Source of the DNA: Hirschia sp.
Lineage (GTDB): Bacteria > Pseudomonadota > Alphaproteobacteria > Caulobacterales > Hyphomonadaceae
NCBI GenBank assembly: GCA_002709235.1
Contig: PAQI01000010.1
Span: forward strand, 200,278-264,277
Direction of reading: 5' to 3'
DNA length: 64,000 nt
Positions 1-10,445 of this stretch are shown here, in pieces. The notes under the pieces were generated by a model. The model ran no database searches, was not told the DNA's origin, and saw nothing but the letters and a program-made list of their open reading frames with translations. The position numbers and the translations under genes were made by a program. Every line of letters starts with the position of its first letter. The stretch's first letter is position 1.

Positions 1-231
1 GGGCCAGGCTTACAGGAAACAGGCCGACGGCAAGTGAACTGGAAGCTCAGGCCGAGAGGTGGCGACCCTGGCGCGGTTATGCGGCCCAACATTTATGGGC
101 ATCTCTGGGATAGTTTGCGCGGCTCCGGTCTCGTGGCAGCATGAGTTTCGATGAATTGCCAGAAATTGGGATGAAAACCTCCTATATTCCTGTATCGTTG
201 GAATAAATGAGAGTTCAGTGAAGTTTGGGAG

Positions 232-1617
232 TTGGCCGATATGTCAGCAGTTTATGTGTCGCCAGATGACATCAGGGATCGTTTCGCGGCGGCCATGTCT
301 GACATGTATCGCAGGGAAGTGCCTGCCTATGACAAACTGGTGGATCTGGTTGAAACGGTGAATGCTGAATATCGCAGCAACATGACAGCAGAGATCGCCG
401 CTGCCAGCGATGAACAAAGCGAGCGTTTCGAAAAGGAAAGACATGGTGCGATCCGCCTTGGAACGGCTGACGAGCTATCCATGATGAGGCGTGTGTTTGC
501 ACTGATGGGAATGTTACCCGTGGGATATTATGATCTTTCCCAGGCAGGGCTACCTGTGCATTCGACCGCGTTTCGCCCGGTCACAGCAGAAGCATTGTCC
601 GCCAATCCATTTCGCATTTTCACATCGCTGTTGCGCCTCGACATGATCGAGGATGAAGACCTCAAAAAGCGTGCAGGCGATGCGCTCGCCCAGCGAAAAA
701 TCTTCTCGGAAAGAGCGGTGGAACTGGTCAAAATCGGTGAAGCACAAACAGGCCTGACAACAAGCCAGGCTGAAGCGTTCATCAGCGAAGTGATCAAGAC
801 GTTTGAGTGGCATGCGCAGGCGCAGGTCTCACAGCAAGATTATTCCAGCTTCCTTGAGCTCAATGGGCTTATTGCCGATATCGTCTGTTTCAAGGGGCCG
901 CATATCAACCACCTGACACCGCGCACGCTGGATATTGATGACGTTCAACGTCGCATGCCGCAATGGGGGCTTGATCCCAAGGCCGTCATAGAGGGCCCAC
1001 CTGCAAGGCAGTGCCCGATATTGTTACGGCAGACATCTTTTCGTGCATTAAAAGAGCAAGTGTCGTTTCGCACAGGTGATGGCAAACAGATTGTCGGAGC
1101 TCACACTGCCCGCTTTGGTGAAGTTGAACAACGCGGTGCGGCGCTGACACCAAAGGGGCGGGCGCTCTATGATGAGCTGCTGGGTGCTGTGTTGGCTGAA
1201 ACCCGGTCAGCTAGTGCTTCGGTTGATTACACCGGTCTTCTCAGTGCTGTCTTTGCGGCGTTTCCTGATGATTGGCGACAGATGATGTCAGAGGGCCTTG
1301 CCTATTTTACCTTCGAGCTGACCGATGCAGGCAAGCGTGCCACATCTGGCATCGATGATGATGTGGAAACCTGGATTGAGAACGGGTGGGTGATCGCAGT
1401 TGCGCAGACCTATGAGGATTTCCTGCCGGTCAGTGCTGCTGGCATATTCAGATCCAATCTGGAGCGTGATGAAGCACCGCAATTTACAGCGAATTCCAAT
1501 CAATCAGCATTTGAAACCGCGCTGGGGGCATCGACGATGGATCCATTTGCACTCTACCAGGAAACGCAGGATCGTTCGCTGGCCAGATGCCGCGCGGCTT
1601 TGCTGGCAGCCCGTTAG
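232..1617 (+). CDS. ydcJ: YdcJ/HglS family (DUF1338) 2-oxoadipate dioxygenase/decarboxylase-like protein
   Basis: The 461 aa protein is collinear with E. coli YdcJ as recalled from memory. It has the blocks HGAIRLGTADELxxMRRVFAxMGMxPVGYYDLSQAGLPVHSTAFRP and NHLTPRTLDIDxVQ, and a C-terminal YEDFLPVSAAGIFxSNL. Confidence 0.8.
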   Translation: MADMSAVYVSPDDIRDRFAAAMSDMYRREVPAYDKLVDLVETVNAEYRSNMTAEIAAASDEQSERFEKERHGAIRLGTADELSMMRRVFALMGMLPVGYYDLSQAGLPVHSTAFRPVTAEALSANPFRIFTSLLRLDMIEDEDLKKRAGDALAQRKIFSERAVELVKIGEAQTGLTTSQAEAFISEVIKTFEWHAQAQVSQQDYSSFLELNGLIADIVCFKGPHINHLTPRTLDIDDVQRRMPQWGLDPKAVIEGPPARQCPILLRQTSFRALKEQVSFRTGDGKQIVGAHTARFGEVEQRGAALTPKGRALYDELLGAVLAETRSASASVDYTGLLSAVFAAFPDDWRQMMSEGLAYFTFELTDAGKRATSGIDDDVETWIENGWVIAVAQTYEDFLPVSAAGIFRSNLERDEAPQFTANSNQSAFETALGASTMDPFALYQETQDRSLARCRAALLAAR

Positions 1618-1670
1618 AGCGATCATTTTGAATTCTTGTTGTTTGGCCTGCGATATGTCACAGGGCCAGA

Positions 1671-2495
1671 ATGGAATTTTCGATTGCTGATATTTTGCCA
1701 TTGATTCTGGCATTGATTGTTGCGGGCGCATTTGCCGGGCTGATCGCTGGCTTGTTTGGCGTAGGCGGCGGCGTTGTGATCGTGCCTGCATTGTTCTTCA
1801 CCTTGTCCAGTCTTGGTTATCCGGAAACAGCGATGCATGTGTCGGTCGGTACATCACTGGCGACCATTGTGGTGACATCCGTGCGCTCGGTAATGGCCCA
1901 CAACAAAAAGGACGCGGTTGACTGGGGTCTGCTGCGTGGGTGGGTGCCCTGGATCATGTGTGGGGCGCTGCTTGGATCATTTGTGGCAAACCTGATCTCA
2001 GGGCCCGGTCTCACCATGGTCTTTGGCGGTGTCTCCATGATTATTGCGCTTCAATTCATCTTTGGGCGGCCAGGATGGCGCCTCGCACCTGACGTTCCCA
2101 AGGGGGCACCCATGATCGCAATGGCTGGCGGAATTGGCGGCCTTTCTTCAATTCTTGGCATTGGCGGCGGCGTATTCGGCGTGACATTGCTCACCCTGTT
2201 TGGCAGGCCGATCCATCAGGCCATAGGGACATCGGCCGGGTTCGGAGCCGCAATCGGCCTTCCTGCGGCAATAGGCTTTGCTTGGAATGGTCGTGATGCC
2301 TCTTTGCTTCCGCCATTGTCACTTGGATATCTGTCCCTTCCGGGATTTATCCTGATTGCGGTGATGACGACTATTTTCGCACCGATAGGTGCCACGCTCG
2401 CCCACAAGCTGGATGCGGCCATGCTGAAACGGGCATTTGGCGTGCTCATGGTCCTCACGGCACTCAACATGTTGCGCAAGGTCTACGGATTGTAA
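1671..2495 (+). CDS. TauE/SafE (DUF81) family sulfite/anion exporter-like membrane protein
   Basis: The 274 aa protein has about 8 TM helices. It carries duplicated glycine-rich GxGGG motifs (GLFGVGGGVVIVP and GIGGGVFGV) that are typical of TauE/SafE. Confidence 0.75.
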   Translation: MEFSIADILPLILALIVAGAFAGLIAGLFGVGGGVVIVPALFFTLSSLGYPETAMHVSVGTSLATIVVTSVRSVMAHNKKDAVDWGLLRGWVPWIMCGALLGSFVANLISGPGLTMVFGGVSMIIALQFIFGRPGWRLAPDVPKGAPMIAMAGGIGGLSSILGIGGGVFGVTLLTLFGRPIHQAIGTSAGFGAAIGLPAAIGFAWNGRDASLLPPLSLGYLSLPGFILIAVMTTIFAPIGATLAHKLDAAMLKRAFGVLMVLTALNMLRKVYGL

Positions 2496-2681
2496 GGCGA
2501 ATTCACGGTGTTTTGCAGATCACATGGCCGTGAGAAATGGTCACGGATCGGCGATCTGAGGCGTTCCAAGCCACGGTTTCTGTTCATATTCGGCATAGAT
2601 TCATCTGTAGCGGGTCAGGCCTGAAAAGCATGTACGGCTTGTTCATCTGCGGTTGTGGCGACCTGCGTCAGCATTCCTGCC

Positions 2682-3440
2682 ATGATGAAGAAGAACCCAT
2701 ATAAATCTCTCGCAACGGTCGTGGCTCTGGCATCGACCGTGCTGATCGCAACGCCTTCCGCTGTCGCTCAAGACACCTCACACAAGGCACTGACGGGACA
2801 GAACCTCAAAGCACAATTTCATCCGGCGGAAGCCAGAGGTCGAAATGATGGTAGAGGGCATAGTGGCTCCAACGGTCCAACCGCTCTGATTGAATGCGGG
2901 TCTGGCAGCTACAATTCCAACACATGTTACATTCGGGGCGGATTCCGGATTGCTGATGCCCGCGTGTACAAGCGCAAGTCAAAATCAGATTGTGATCGCG
3001 GCCAGGATTGGGGCCTGCGTGGAAATCAGATCTGGGTGAAAAATGGGTGTCGGGCTGTCTTCGAGGTGTCCAGTCAGAAATATCGTGATCAGTACTCGGA
3101 CCGTCGGTATTCCTACAATGACGACGATCGGTACCAACGTCGCAGCAACAATGGAGATCGTGGTCGCTCGCCATATGACAATGGCAATCTGGTGAGGATT
3201 GTCAGCCGCGACGTCAATCAGGCGATCAGGACGTGCGAAAGCGAGGGCCGACAGATTGCCCGCAATAGGGGACGTGAAGGTGCTGCCTATATTGGTCGAC
3301 CGAATGTGGATGTTGACCGCAATGGTGTCATACGCATTGACGGGGGCATGAGAAGCTGGGGCCGTCAGGGAGAACGACGCGTATCGACATCATGCGCTGT
3401 CAGAAATGGGCGGATCCTGGATTTCGACATCTATAGATGA
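2682..3440 (+). CDS. Secreted Cys-rich protein, DUF3011-like
   Basis: There is a signal peptide (MMKKNPYKSLATVVALASTVLIATPSAVAQ). The repeated Cys pattern (C..GSGSYNSNTCYIRGG...C.RGQDWGLRGNQIWVKNGCRAVFEV) resembles DUF3011. The track ORF begins with GTG at 2655, but I prefer ATG 2682 preceding the signal peptide. Confidence 0.5.
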   Translation: MMKKNPYKSLATVVALASTVLIATPSAVAQDTSHKALTGQNLKAQFHPAEARGRNDGRGHSGSNGPTALIECGSGSYNSNTCYIRGGFRIADARVYKRKSKSDCDRGQDWGLRGNQIWVKNGCRAVFEVSSQKYRDQYSDRRYSYNDDDRYQRRSNNGDRGRSPYDNGNLVRIVSRDVNQAIRTCESEGRQIARNRGREGAAYIGRPNVDVDRNGVIRIDGGMRSWGRQGERRVSTSCAVRNGRILDFDIYR

Positions 3441-3460
3441 CACACAGGACGCTAACCAAG

Positions 3461-3495
3461 AAACGGTGCCAATTGAGGCACCGTTTCGTGTTTTG
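3461..3495 (+). terminator. Rho-independent terminator after the DUF3011 gene
   Basis: A hairpin (aaacggtgcc / aattgag / ggcaccgttt) is followed by cgtgtttt. Confidence 0.5.
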
Positions 3496-3614
3496 ACAGA
3501 ATATTTTTCTGTATTAATCAAGTGATTGCCTGCTTTTGGCTTGCCAAGCGCAACGCCCGACAGCTATCTGGTTCCAAAGAACCGGAACAAATAGCTGATC
3601 TATAAGGGGCACCG

Positions 3615-5150
3615 ATGAGCAAGGAAATCCTCGCACTGCTGGAGGAGAAGCGTGAACGCACCAGAATGGGCGGCGGCAAGGCACGCATCGAAAAGCAACA
3701 CGCAAAAGGGAAGCTCTCTGCTCGCGAACGTATCGAACTTCTTCTCGATGAAGGGTCGTTCGAGGAATGGGACATGTTCGTTGAACATCGCTGTTCCGAT
3801 TTCGGCATGGAAGAACAGCGTGTACCCGGCGATGGTGTCGTCACCGGTTGGGGCACGATCGAGGGACGTGCGGTTTATGTTTTCTCCAAGGACTTCACGG
3901 TTTTTGGTGGATCTCTGTCGAAAGCGCATGCTGAGAAGATCGTGAAGGTTCAACAGGCCGCTGCACGCAATGGCGCGCCGGTGATCGGTCTGTTTGATGC
4001 AGGTGGTGCACGTATCCAGGAGGGCGTGGATTCGCTGGCCGGTTATGCTGACATCTTCATGGAAAATGTTCTGGCATCCGGCGTGGTGCCCCAGATCTCT
4101 GTGATCATGGGCCCTTGTGCGGGTGGTGATGTCTATTCGCCTGCCATGACAGACTTCATCTTCATGGTCCGTGATACCTCTTACATGTATGTGACCGGAC
4201 CGGACGTGGTGAAGACCGTCACCAATGAAGAAGTAACGCATGAAGAACTGGGTGGCGCACGTGTGCACGCCGTCAAGTCCGGTGTGGTGGAAGGTGCCTT
4301 CGACAATGATATTGAAGCGCTGACACAGATCCGCAGGCTGATTACGTTCCTGCCGCAATCCTATGCCGAGAAGCCGCCGGTCATTCCGTCTTTCGACAGC
4401 ATCGACCGGACAGACAGGAGCCTGGACACGCTCGTGCCCGCCAATCCGAACATGCCATATGACATGAAGGAACTGGTCGAGAAGGTCTGCGACGAAGGCG
4501 ATTACTTTGAAATCTCGCCAGACTTTGGTGGAAATATCATCTGTGCATTCGGGCGCATTGATGGCTCGACCGTTGGGTTTGTGGCCAACCAGCCGATGAC
4601 GCTCGCTGGTGTTCTGGACATTGATGCATCCCGCAAGGCTGCGCGATTTGTGCGCTTCTGTGACTGCTTCAACATTCCGATCGTGACCTTCGTGGATGTT
4701 CCGGGCTTCATGCCAGGCACGAAGCAGGAATATGGCGGTCTGATCAAACACGGTGCAAAATTGCTGTTTGCTTATGCCGAAGCGACTGTGCCGAAAGTCA
4801 CGGTGATAACGCGCAAGGCCTATGGTGGCGCGTATGACGTGATGAGTTCCAAACACCTTCGCGGTGATGTGAACTATGCCTGGCCCAATGCCGAAATCGC
4901 CGTGATGGGTGCCAAGGGCGCGGCCGAGATCATCTACCGTGCTGACCGTGACAAGCCGGAAAAAATGGCTGAACACACCAAATATTACGAAGAGCGTTTC
5001 GCAAATCCGTTCGTCGCGGCCTCCAAGGGCTATATCGATGACATCATCAAGCCGCACAATACGCGGTTCAGGATTGCGCGTTCCCTGCGTCAGTTGAAAA
5101 ACAAGGACGTGAAGAACCCACCGAAGAAACACGACAACATTCCGCTATAG
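3615..5150 (+). CDS. pccB: Propionyl-CoA carboxylase beta subunit (carboxyltransferase)
   Basis: The 511 aa protein has a canonical acyl-CoA carboxyltransferase N-terminus ([29 protein letters not shown]). It has two carboxyltransferase halves. The opposite-strand ORF 3600..5132 is a shadow of this gene. Confidence 0.93.
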   Translation: MSKEILALLEEKRERTRMGGGKARIEKQHAKGKLSARERIELLLDEGSFEEWDMFVEHRCSDFGMEEQRVPGDGVVTGWGTIEGRAVYVFSKDFTVFGGSLSKAHAEKIVKVQQAAARNGAPVIGLFDAGGARIQEGVDSLAGYADIFMENVLASGVVPQISVIMGPCAGGDVYSPAMTDFIFMVRDTSYMYVTGPDVVKTVTNEEVTHEELGGARVHAVKSGVVEGAFDNDIEALTQIRRLITFLPQSYAEKPPVIPSFDSIDRTDRSLDTLVPANPNMPYDMKELVEKVCDEGDYFEISPDFGGNIICAFGRIDGSTVGFVANQPMTLAGVLDIDASRKAARFVRFCDCFNIPIVTFVDVPGFMPGTKQEYGGLIKHGAKLLFAYAEATVPKVTVITRKAYGGAYDVMSSKHLRGDVNYAWPNAEIAVMGAKGAAEIIYRADRDKPEKMAEHTKYYEERFANPFVAASKGYIDDIIKPHNTRFRIARSLRQLKNKDVKNPPKKHDNIPL

Positions 5151-5193
5151 GGCAGCGTCAGTCGGCCCGATATGACAGACAAGGCCATTCACA

Positions 5194-5781
5194 ATGGGTT
5201 TGACCTATCGGAACATTGATCTTGCAACTGCACCAGATGCCATTGAAGCACTGGCGCAGTTGCGGATCACGGTGTTTCGCGAGTGGCCTTATCTATATGA
5301 TGGCGATCTGGAATATGAGCGCAGCTATTTGCGTCCTTATGCGAAAAGCAGGGCGTGTATTATAGTCGGTGCTTATGACGGTGATCGTCTTGTAGGGGCA
5401 GCGACCGGCACGCCTCTGGAAGATCATGCCGACGATCTGGTGGAGGCCGCTGCCAAATTGTCGATCCCTGCATCAGATATATTCTATTGCGCTGAATCAG
5501 TGCTGCTGGCGGACTATCGCGGCCAGGGGGCCGGGCACAAGTTCTTTGACGAGCGTGAAGATCATGCCCGAAGGATCGGACGTGATTGGTCCCTGTTCTG
5601 CGCTGTTGAACGTGACAGCAATCATCCCTTGAAGCCAGATAATCACCGCGATCTTGGGTCGTTTTGGACGCGTCGGGGATATCAGCCTGTCAAAGATGTC
5701 TTCACCACGTTGAACTGGAAGGATGTAGACGAGGCAGCAAAGTCCGATAAGCGTCTGCAGGTCTGGCTAAAGCGTCTTTGA
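5194..5781 (+). CDS. GNAT-family N-acetyltransferase-like protein
   Basis: The 195 aa protein has a motif-A-like RGQGAGHKFF and the length and pattern of the GNAT fold. The assignment is weak. Confidence 0.4.
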   Translation: MGLTYRNIDLATAPDAIEALAQLRITVFREWPYLYDGDLEYERSYLRPYAKSRACIIVGAYDGDRLVGAATGTPLEDHADDLVEAAAKLSIPASDIFYCAESVLLADYRGQGAGHKFFDEREDHARRIGRDWSLFCAVERDSNHPLKPDNHRDLGSFWTRRGYQPVKDVFTTLNWKDVDEAAKSDKRLQVWLKRL

Positions 5782-5786
5782 GCGGT

Positions 5787-6056
5787 TCAGTCTTCGATTT
5801 CGGGCGTATCGAAACTGCCTTCGATCACTGACGGAGAGGAAATCGTCGCTGCCGGCGCGGCAGACTCTCCCTGCGTGGCGACAAAATGCTTCATGAATCG
5901 CCGGATCTCGCGCGAAGCGCTGGTGTCCAGTTCATCGCAAAGCGAAATGAATGCGTCACGATCCTCGACACTGACCCGGATAACCATCTGGCTATCCTTC
6001 TTGGACTTTTTTCGGGTCTTAGATTTCTTGCCGTCGCCCATGTCAGCCAGGTCCAT
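5787..6056 (-). CDS. Ribbon-helix-helix (CopG/Arc-like) domain protein
   Basis: The 89 aa protein has a Lys-rich N-terminus. It contains the RHH-like beta-alpha-alpha segment MVIRVSVEDRDAFISLCDELDTSASREIRRFMKHF. Confidence 0.45.
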   Translation of the reverse strand: MDLADMGDGKKSKTRKKSKKDSQMVIRVSVEDRDAFISLCDELDTSASREIRRFMKHFVATQGESAAPAATISSPSVIEGSFDTPEIED

Positions 6057-6133
6057 TCATTACATTTGTGCAAAGCATATACGTTTACAGCGCAAAATGC
6101 ACAAAAAGCCAAGGGTTTGCAGCATGAGATAAA

Positions 6134-6598
6134 TCAGCGCGCCTTGCGCCAATAGGCTCTTCTGGCCCATCTGGCTGCCAGGCTCAGATTGCGGGGGGCG
6201 TCATTCGGGTTACTCGGGGTCAATTGGCGGTTCAAAGGCGGACGAAGTTTCCTCACCAGATCTTCTTCGGTGCGTCGACGGGCTTCTTCATGCTTGATGA
6301 TACGGACATGCTTTTCCGTTGCACCCCTTGTCCAGAATGCTTCACCCCATCTTTCATGCTTTCGCAGCCGGGATTTCAGGCTGGCGGCCTTGCCGACATA
6401 GATGGGCTCCAGCCAGAAGATGTAGCGCCGCCGAACAAAGATGTAGACGCCCCCATCATCGGGAATATTGCGATCTGTCAGCAGGATGTTGAACCAGTAT
6501 TTGCGCCGGGTTTCGCCGCGCCAACGATGAAATCCATAGAGCAGCATATGGTCTCCGGTCACATTCATCCTGACGGGACCGTCAGACAGCTCAGACAA
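6134..6598 (-). CDS. GIY-YIG nuclease domain protein
   Basis: The 154 aa protein has a GVYIF...IYVGKAASLKSRLRKHER motif (GIY...YIG...R...H/E). The C-terminal tail is basic. Confidence 0.6.
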   Translation of the reverse strand: MSELSDGPVRMNVTGDHMLLYGFHRWRGETRRKYWFNILLTDRNIPDDGGVYIFVRRRYIFWLEPIYVGKAASLKSRLRKHERWGEAFWTRGATEKHVRIIKHEEARRRTEEDLVRKLRPPLNRQLTPSNPNDAPRNLSLAARWARRAYWRKAR

Positions 6599-7097
6599 TG
6601 AATGTCGCCCGAATTGTCCAGTGTCCCATCATGAACTTGTCGCGCCGCATGCTTTTATACAATGTCAACGGCGCGACCCGGATGATCCTATTCAGCGTTT
6701 TTGTTCAATTTGTGGGAATTGCGGGGCGGATCATGATGTGTCGTCACGGATGAATATTCAGCCACCACGCACCTGATGTTCCTGAAGGCGACAATCACGA
6801 CATTCGGGTGTGATGATCTCACACTCAGCGAAACAGGGCAGAGCCTCGGCGCGCTTGAGGTGGCGGCAGGAATTTTGCTGATTGGAGGGGCGATGCATTT
6901 CCTGTTTCTATCGCCGCATGTATTTATCGGCCGGAATCAAAACCTGTGTATCGGACGTCGTATCGGACAAAACCGAAAATGCGAGCATGAAATCATATGT
7001 TTGATTTGGCTGATGAATTGCTTTGTCTGTGTAGCCGTTCTATCAGCTAGACACATACAAATAGAGACGAATTAAAACAGCCGGGGCACCTAACTAA

Positions 7098-9101
7098 ATG
7101 TTCTCAAAAATCCTGATCGCAAACCGTGGTGAGATTGCGTGTCGAGTTATCAAGACCTGTAAGCGCCTCGGCGTCAAAACTGTTGTTGTCTATTCTGAGG
7201 CAGATGCAGGGTCGATGGCAGTTGAACTGGCAGATGAGGCCGTATTCATTGGCCCGTCACCAGCGTCCGAAAGCTATCTGGTCATGGACAAGATCATTGA
7301 TGCTGTAAAGGCGACAGGTGCGGAAGCTGTTCACCCTGGATTTGGTTTTCTGTCCGAAAATCCGGAATTTGCACGACGTTTGAAAAAGGAAAAGATCACC
7401 TTTATCGGCCCGAATCCTGAAGCCATCGAAGCCATGGGCGACAAGATCACGTCGAAGAAGTTTGCCGCCAAGGCAGGTGTATCGACTGTTCCTGGCTTCA
7501 TGGGGTTGATCGAAGACGCAGAACACGCCGTGAAGATTTCTAATGAAGTCGGCTATCCGGTGATGATCAAGGCGTCTGCCGGTGGTGGCGGCAAGGGCAT
7601 GCGGATCGCCTGGAATGACACTGAAGCACGCGAAGGCTTCAGAGATTCCAAAGCCGAGGCGAAGAGCTCCTTTGGTGACGACCGGATCTTTATCGAGAAA
7701 TTCGTCACACAGCCTCGCCACATCGAAATTCAGGTTCTGGGCGACAAGCACGGGAACTGCATTTACCTGAATGAGCGTGAATGTTCGATCCAGCGCCGTA
7801 ACCAGAAGGTCATCGAAGAAGCGCCTTCGCCTTTCATTGATGAGAAAACCCGCAAGGCGATGGGTGAACAGTCCGTGGCGCTTGCTAAGGCTGTGAACTA
7901 CGATTCAGCCGGTACGGTTGAGTTCATTGTTGATGGCGACAAGAACTTCTACTTCCTCGAAATGAACACGCGTCTGCAGGTCGAACATCCTGTGACCGAG
8001 CTGATCACGGAATGTGATCTGGTCGAGCAGATGCTGTTGGTGGCTTCGGGCGAAAAGCTAGCCATCAAGCAGAAGGATGTCGGCATCAAGGGCTGGGCGG
8101 TCGAAACCCGCATCTATGCTGAAGACCCATACCGCAATTTCCTGCCATCCATCGGTCGCTTGAAGCGTTGCCGTTTTCCGACTGAGGGCAAGCTGGGCGG
8201 GGGTGTCGTGCGTATTGATACCGGCGTTCGCGAGGGCGACGAGATCTCGATGTTCTACGACCCTATGATCGCAAAGATGGTCACGCATGCTGACACCCGC
8301 GAAAAAGCGATAGATGTGCACGAACTGGCGCTGGATAATCTTGAGATTGAAGGCATTCAGGACAACACACCTTTCCTTCAGACTGTCCTTCAGCAAAAGC
8401 GCTTCCGCGATGGAACGCTTACAACCGGCTATATCGCTGAAGAGTTTCCGGAAGGGTTTTCAGGCGCAGAGCCCACCAAGGCGCAATCAAGGCTTGCTGC
8501 TGCCGCTGCCGCCTATGCCCATGGTGTAGACAAGATCCGTATCGCCAAGATCTCCGGCCGTATGGACCCACCGAGCAAGCTGCGTGAAGACTGGGTTGTT
8601 CTCATCGAAGGTGAATCCTGGCCGATCAAACTCAAAATGGGTGAGGGCGAGGCCGAAATTGACTTCGGCACCAAGAAGAAAGATACGGTCTCGATCTCCA
8701 CAATGTGGAAGCCGGGTCAGAAGCTCATGGAAGGCCTGCTCGATGATGAGCCGTTCGCGCTTCGCCTTGAGCAAAGCACAGAAGGCCTTGTGATCCGCTA
8801 CAGGGGCTTTAAGGGCACCGCATTGGTTGTGACGCCCAAGACGGCGGAATTCCATTCCAAATTGCCGGAAAAAGAACCGCTGGATACCTCTAAAATGGTT
8901 CTCAGCCCGATGCCGGGTCTGGTCGTTTCGATGGATGTGGAACTCGGACAGGAAGTCAAAGCTGGAGAGCCTGTCTGTGTGGTCGAAGCCATGAAAATGC
9001 AGAATATCATCCGTGCTGAAGCTGACGGTGTGGTGAAATCCGTGAACGCAAAGGCGGGTGATCCCGTCGCTGCAGATGAAATCCTGGTCGAATTCGGCTG
9101 A
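7098..9101 (+). CDS. pccA: Propionyl-CoA carboxylase alpha subunit (biotin carboxylase + BCCP)
   Basis: The 667 aa protein has a biotin carboxylase N-terminus (MFSKILIANRGEIACRV). It has an ATP-grasp domain and a C-terminal biotinyl domain with the EAMKMQN biotinylation motif. Confidence 0.93.
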   Translation: MFSKILIANRGEIACRVIKTCKRLGVKTVVVYSEADAGSMAVELADEAVFIGPSPASESYLVMDKIIDAVKATGAEAVHPGFGFLSENPEFARRLKKEKITFIGPNPEAIEAMGDKITSKKFAAKAGVSTVPGFMGLIEDAEHAVKISNEVGYPVMIKASAGGGGKGMRIAWNDTEAREGFRDSKAEAKSSFGDDRIFIEKFVTQPRHIEIQVLGDKHGNCIYLNERECSIQRRNQKVIEEAPSPFIDEKTRKAMGEQSVALAKAVNYDSAGTVEFIVDGDKNFYFLEMNTRLQVEHPVTELITECDLVEQMLLVASGEKLAIKQKDVGIKGWAVETRIYAEDPYRNFLPSIGRLKRCRFPTEGKLGGGVVRIDTGVREGDEISMFYDPMIAKMVTHADTREKAIDVHELALDNLEIEGIQDNTPFLQTVLQQKRFRDGTLTTGYIAEEFPEGFSGAEPTKAQSRLAAAAAAYAHGVDKIRIAKISGRMDPPSKLREDWVVLIEGESWPIKLKMGEGEAEIDFGTKKKDTVSISTMWKPGQKLMEGLLDDEPFALRLEQSTEGLVIRYRGFKGTALVVTPKTAEFHSKLPEKEPLDTSKMVLSPMPGLVVSMDVELGQEVKAGEPVCVVEAMKMQNIIRAEADGVVKSVNAKAGDPVAADEILVEFG

Positions 9102-9122
9102 CCTGATTTCACAAGAAACGTT

Positions 9123-9161
9123 AAAAACACCGTTGCCGGTTCATCCCGGCGACGGTGTTTT
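9123..9161. terminator. Bidirectional hairpin terminator between convergent pccA and lipB
   Basis: The hairpin is aaaacaccgttgccgg / ttcatc / ccggcgacggtgtttt. It is flanked by T-runs (on + after the hairpin) and A-runs (on the other strand). Confidence 0.5.
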
Positions 9162-9840
9162 AAATTGGGGGGGTGCTCGTATAGGTGCGAACGCCGAAAA
9201 CGGTTTCAAAGGCGGTGCGCAACGCCATATCCGCTTCGACCATTGTGATGGGGGCGCCAAGATCTGCCAGGCTGGTCACGCCAAGGCCGTCTTCGCTGAT
9301 CCCGCAAGGGACAATCCCACCAAAATGGCTGAGATCCGGTTCCACATTCAAACTGATACCGTGAAACGACACCCATTTGCGCAAGCGCACACCAATTGCC
9401 GCGATCTTGTCTTCTCTCATGGGCGCATTCGGGCGTGTTCTGTCGATCCAGACCCCCACGCGGCCCTCTCTGGTCTCGGCCCTGATATTGAAGCTCGCCA
9501 GAGTCGTGATGATCCACTGTTCGAGATTCTGGATAAAACCCCGCACGTCTTTGCCGCGTTCGCCGACATTCAACATCACATAGGCCACGCGCTGACCGGG
9601 GCCATGATAGGTGAATTGTCCGCCCCTGCCAGCATTGAAAACCGGTAGTCCCAAAGGGTTGGAAACGTCGTCGGGATTGGCGCTGGTGCCGGATGTGTAG
9701 AGCGGGGGATGCTCAAGCAACCAGATCAGTTCGCTTGCCGTACCGGCAATGATCTGCGCGGCCCGTTCCTCCATGGCTTTCAGTGCGACCGGATAGTCGA
9801 CTAAATCATCAGAGATTGCCCATGCAATGTCGGCTGACAT
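9160..9840 (-). CDS. lipB: Lipoyl(octanoyl) transferase
   Basis: The 226 aa protein shows typical LipB conservation ([32 protein letters not shown]). Confidence 0.88.
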   Translation of the reverse strand: MSADIAWAISDDLVDYPVALKAMEERAAQIIAGTASELIWLLEHPPLYTSGTSANPDDVSNPLGLPVFNAGRGGQFTYHGPGQRVAYVMLNVGERGKDVRGFIQNLEQWIITTLASFNIRAETREGRVGVWIDRTRPNAPMREDKIAAIGVRLRKWVSFHGISLNVEPDLSHFGGIVPCGISEDGLGVTSLADLGAPITMVEADMALRTAFETVFGVRTYTSTPPI

Positions 9841-9878
9841 GATCGTCTTAACTCCTGAGTTACCGCATTGCCCGCATT

Positions 9879-10190
9879 ATGCACCCAACTGCGCAAGAGA
9901 GTGCAGGCCATAGTCTGTCTATTTGGGGTGTTGCAGTGTCTTCACAACTCGACTCAGTTGAGGTCAATATCACGGTCCTGTTGGGACGGTCCAAGATTCC
10001 CATGAAGCATTTGCTGCGCATGGGTCGGGGGGCAGTGATCCCACTGGATGCCAGCGAATATGATGAAGTCTGGATTCTTGCGAATAATCACCCGATTGCA
10101 CGCGGTGAACTTGTGATTGATGGCGATCGCGTCTCGGTCAGCATCACAGGGGCTGCACAGGTAGCAGATTACTACGCAACCGAAAGCTGA
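9879..10190 (+). CDS. fliN: FliN/SpoA-domain flagellar motor switch-like protein
   Basis: The 103 aa protein has the SpoA signature VEVNITVLLGRSKIPMKHLLRMGRGAVIPLD...IARGELVIDGDRVSV. Confidence 0.55.
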   Translation: MHPTAQESAGHSLSIWGVAVSSQLDSVEVNITVLLGRSKIPMKHLLRMGRGAVIPLDASEYDEVWILANNHPIARGELVIDGDRVSVSITGAAQVADYYATES

Positions 10191-10293
10191 TTCATTCGGC
10201 GGTTTGGTTTCTGAAGAAATATCAGTCTCAAAACTGAAATACAGGGTTCACAACACGGTTTGGTGATGTATATGTCCGCCTTCGTTTCGGCGT

Positions 10294-10378
10294 GCGGCCG
10301 TGGCGGAATTGGTAGACGCGCAGCGTTGAGGTCGCTGTGGGGCAACCCGTGGAAGTTCGAGTCTTCTCGGCCGCACCA
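10294..10378 (+). tRNA. tRNA-Leu (anticodon GAG)
   Basis: The 85 nt cloverleaf has acceptor stem gcggccg/cggccgc, a D-loop, an anticodon loop ttGAGgt, a long variable arm, TPsiC GTTCGAG and a 3' CCA. Confidence 0.9.
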
Positions 10379-10445
10379 AATCATCGCAAAATGGCATTCC
10401 TTGCAGGAATCTGAATTCCCTTGATCTGCTCGTGGGAGGTGCGTC

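Noticed and set aside
3600-5132. 510 aa ORF on the minus strand fully overlapping pccB
   Set aside because: It is antisense to a strongly conserved carboxyltransferase gene. It has no recognisable domains and a composition typical of a high-GC shadow frame.
6776-7075. 99 aa ORF in the 500 bp region upstream of pccA
   Set aside because: It has no RBS or recognisable fold and a Cys/Ile-rich odd composition. It is more likely non-coding leader or regulatory DNA.
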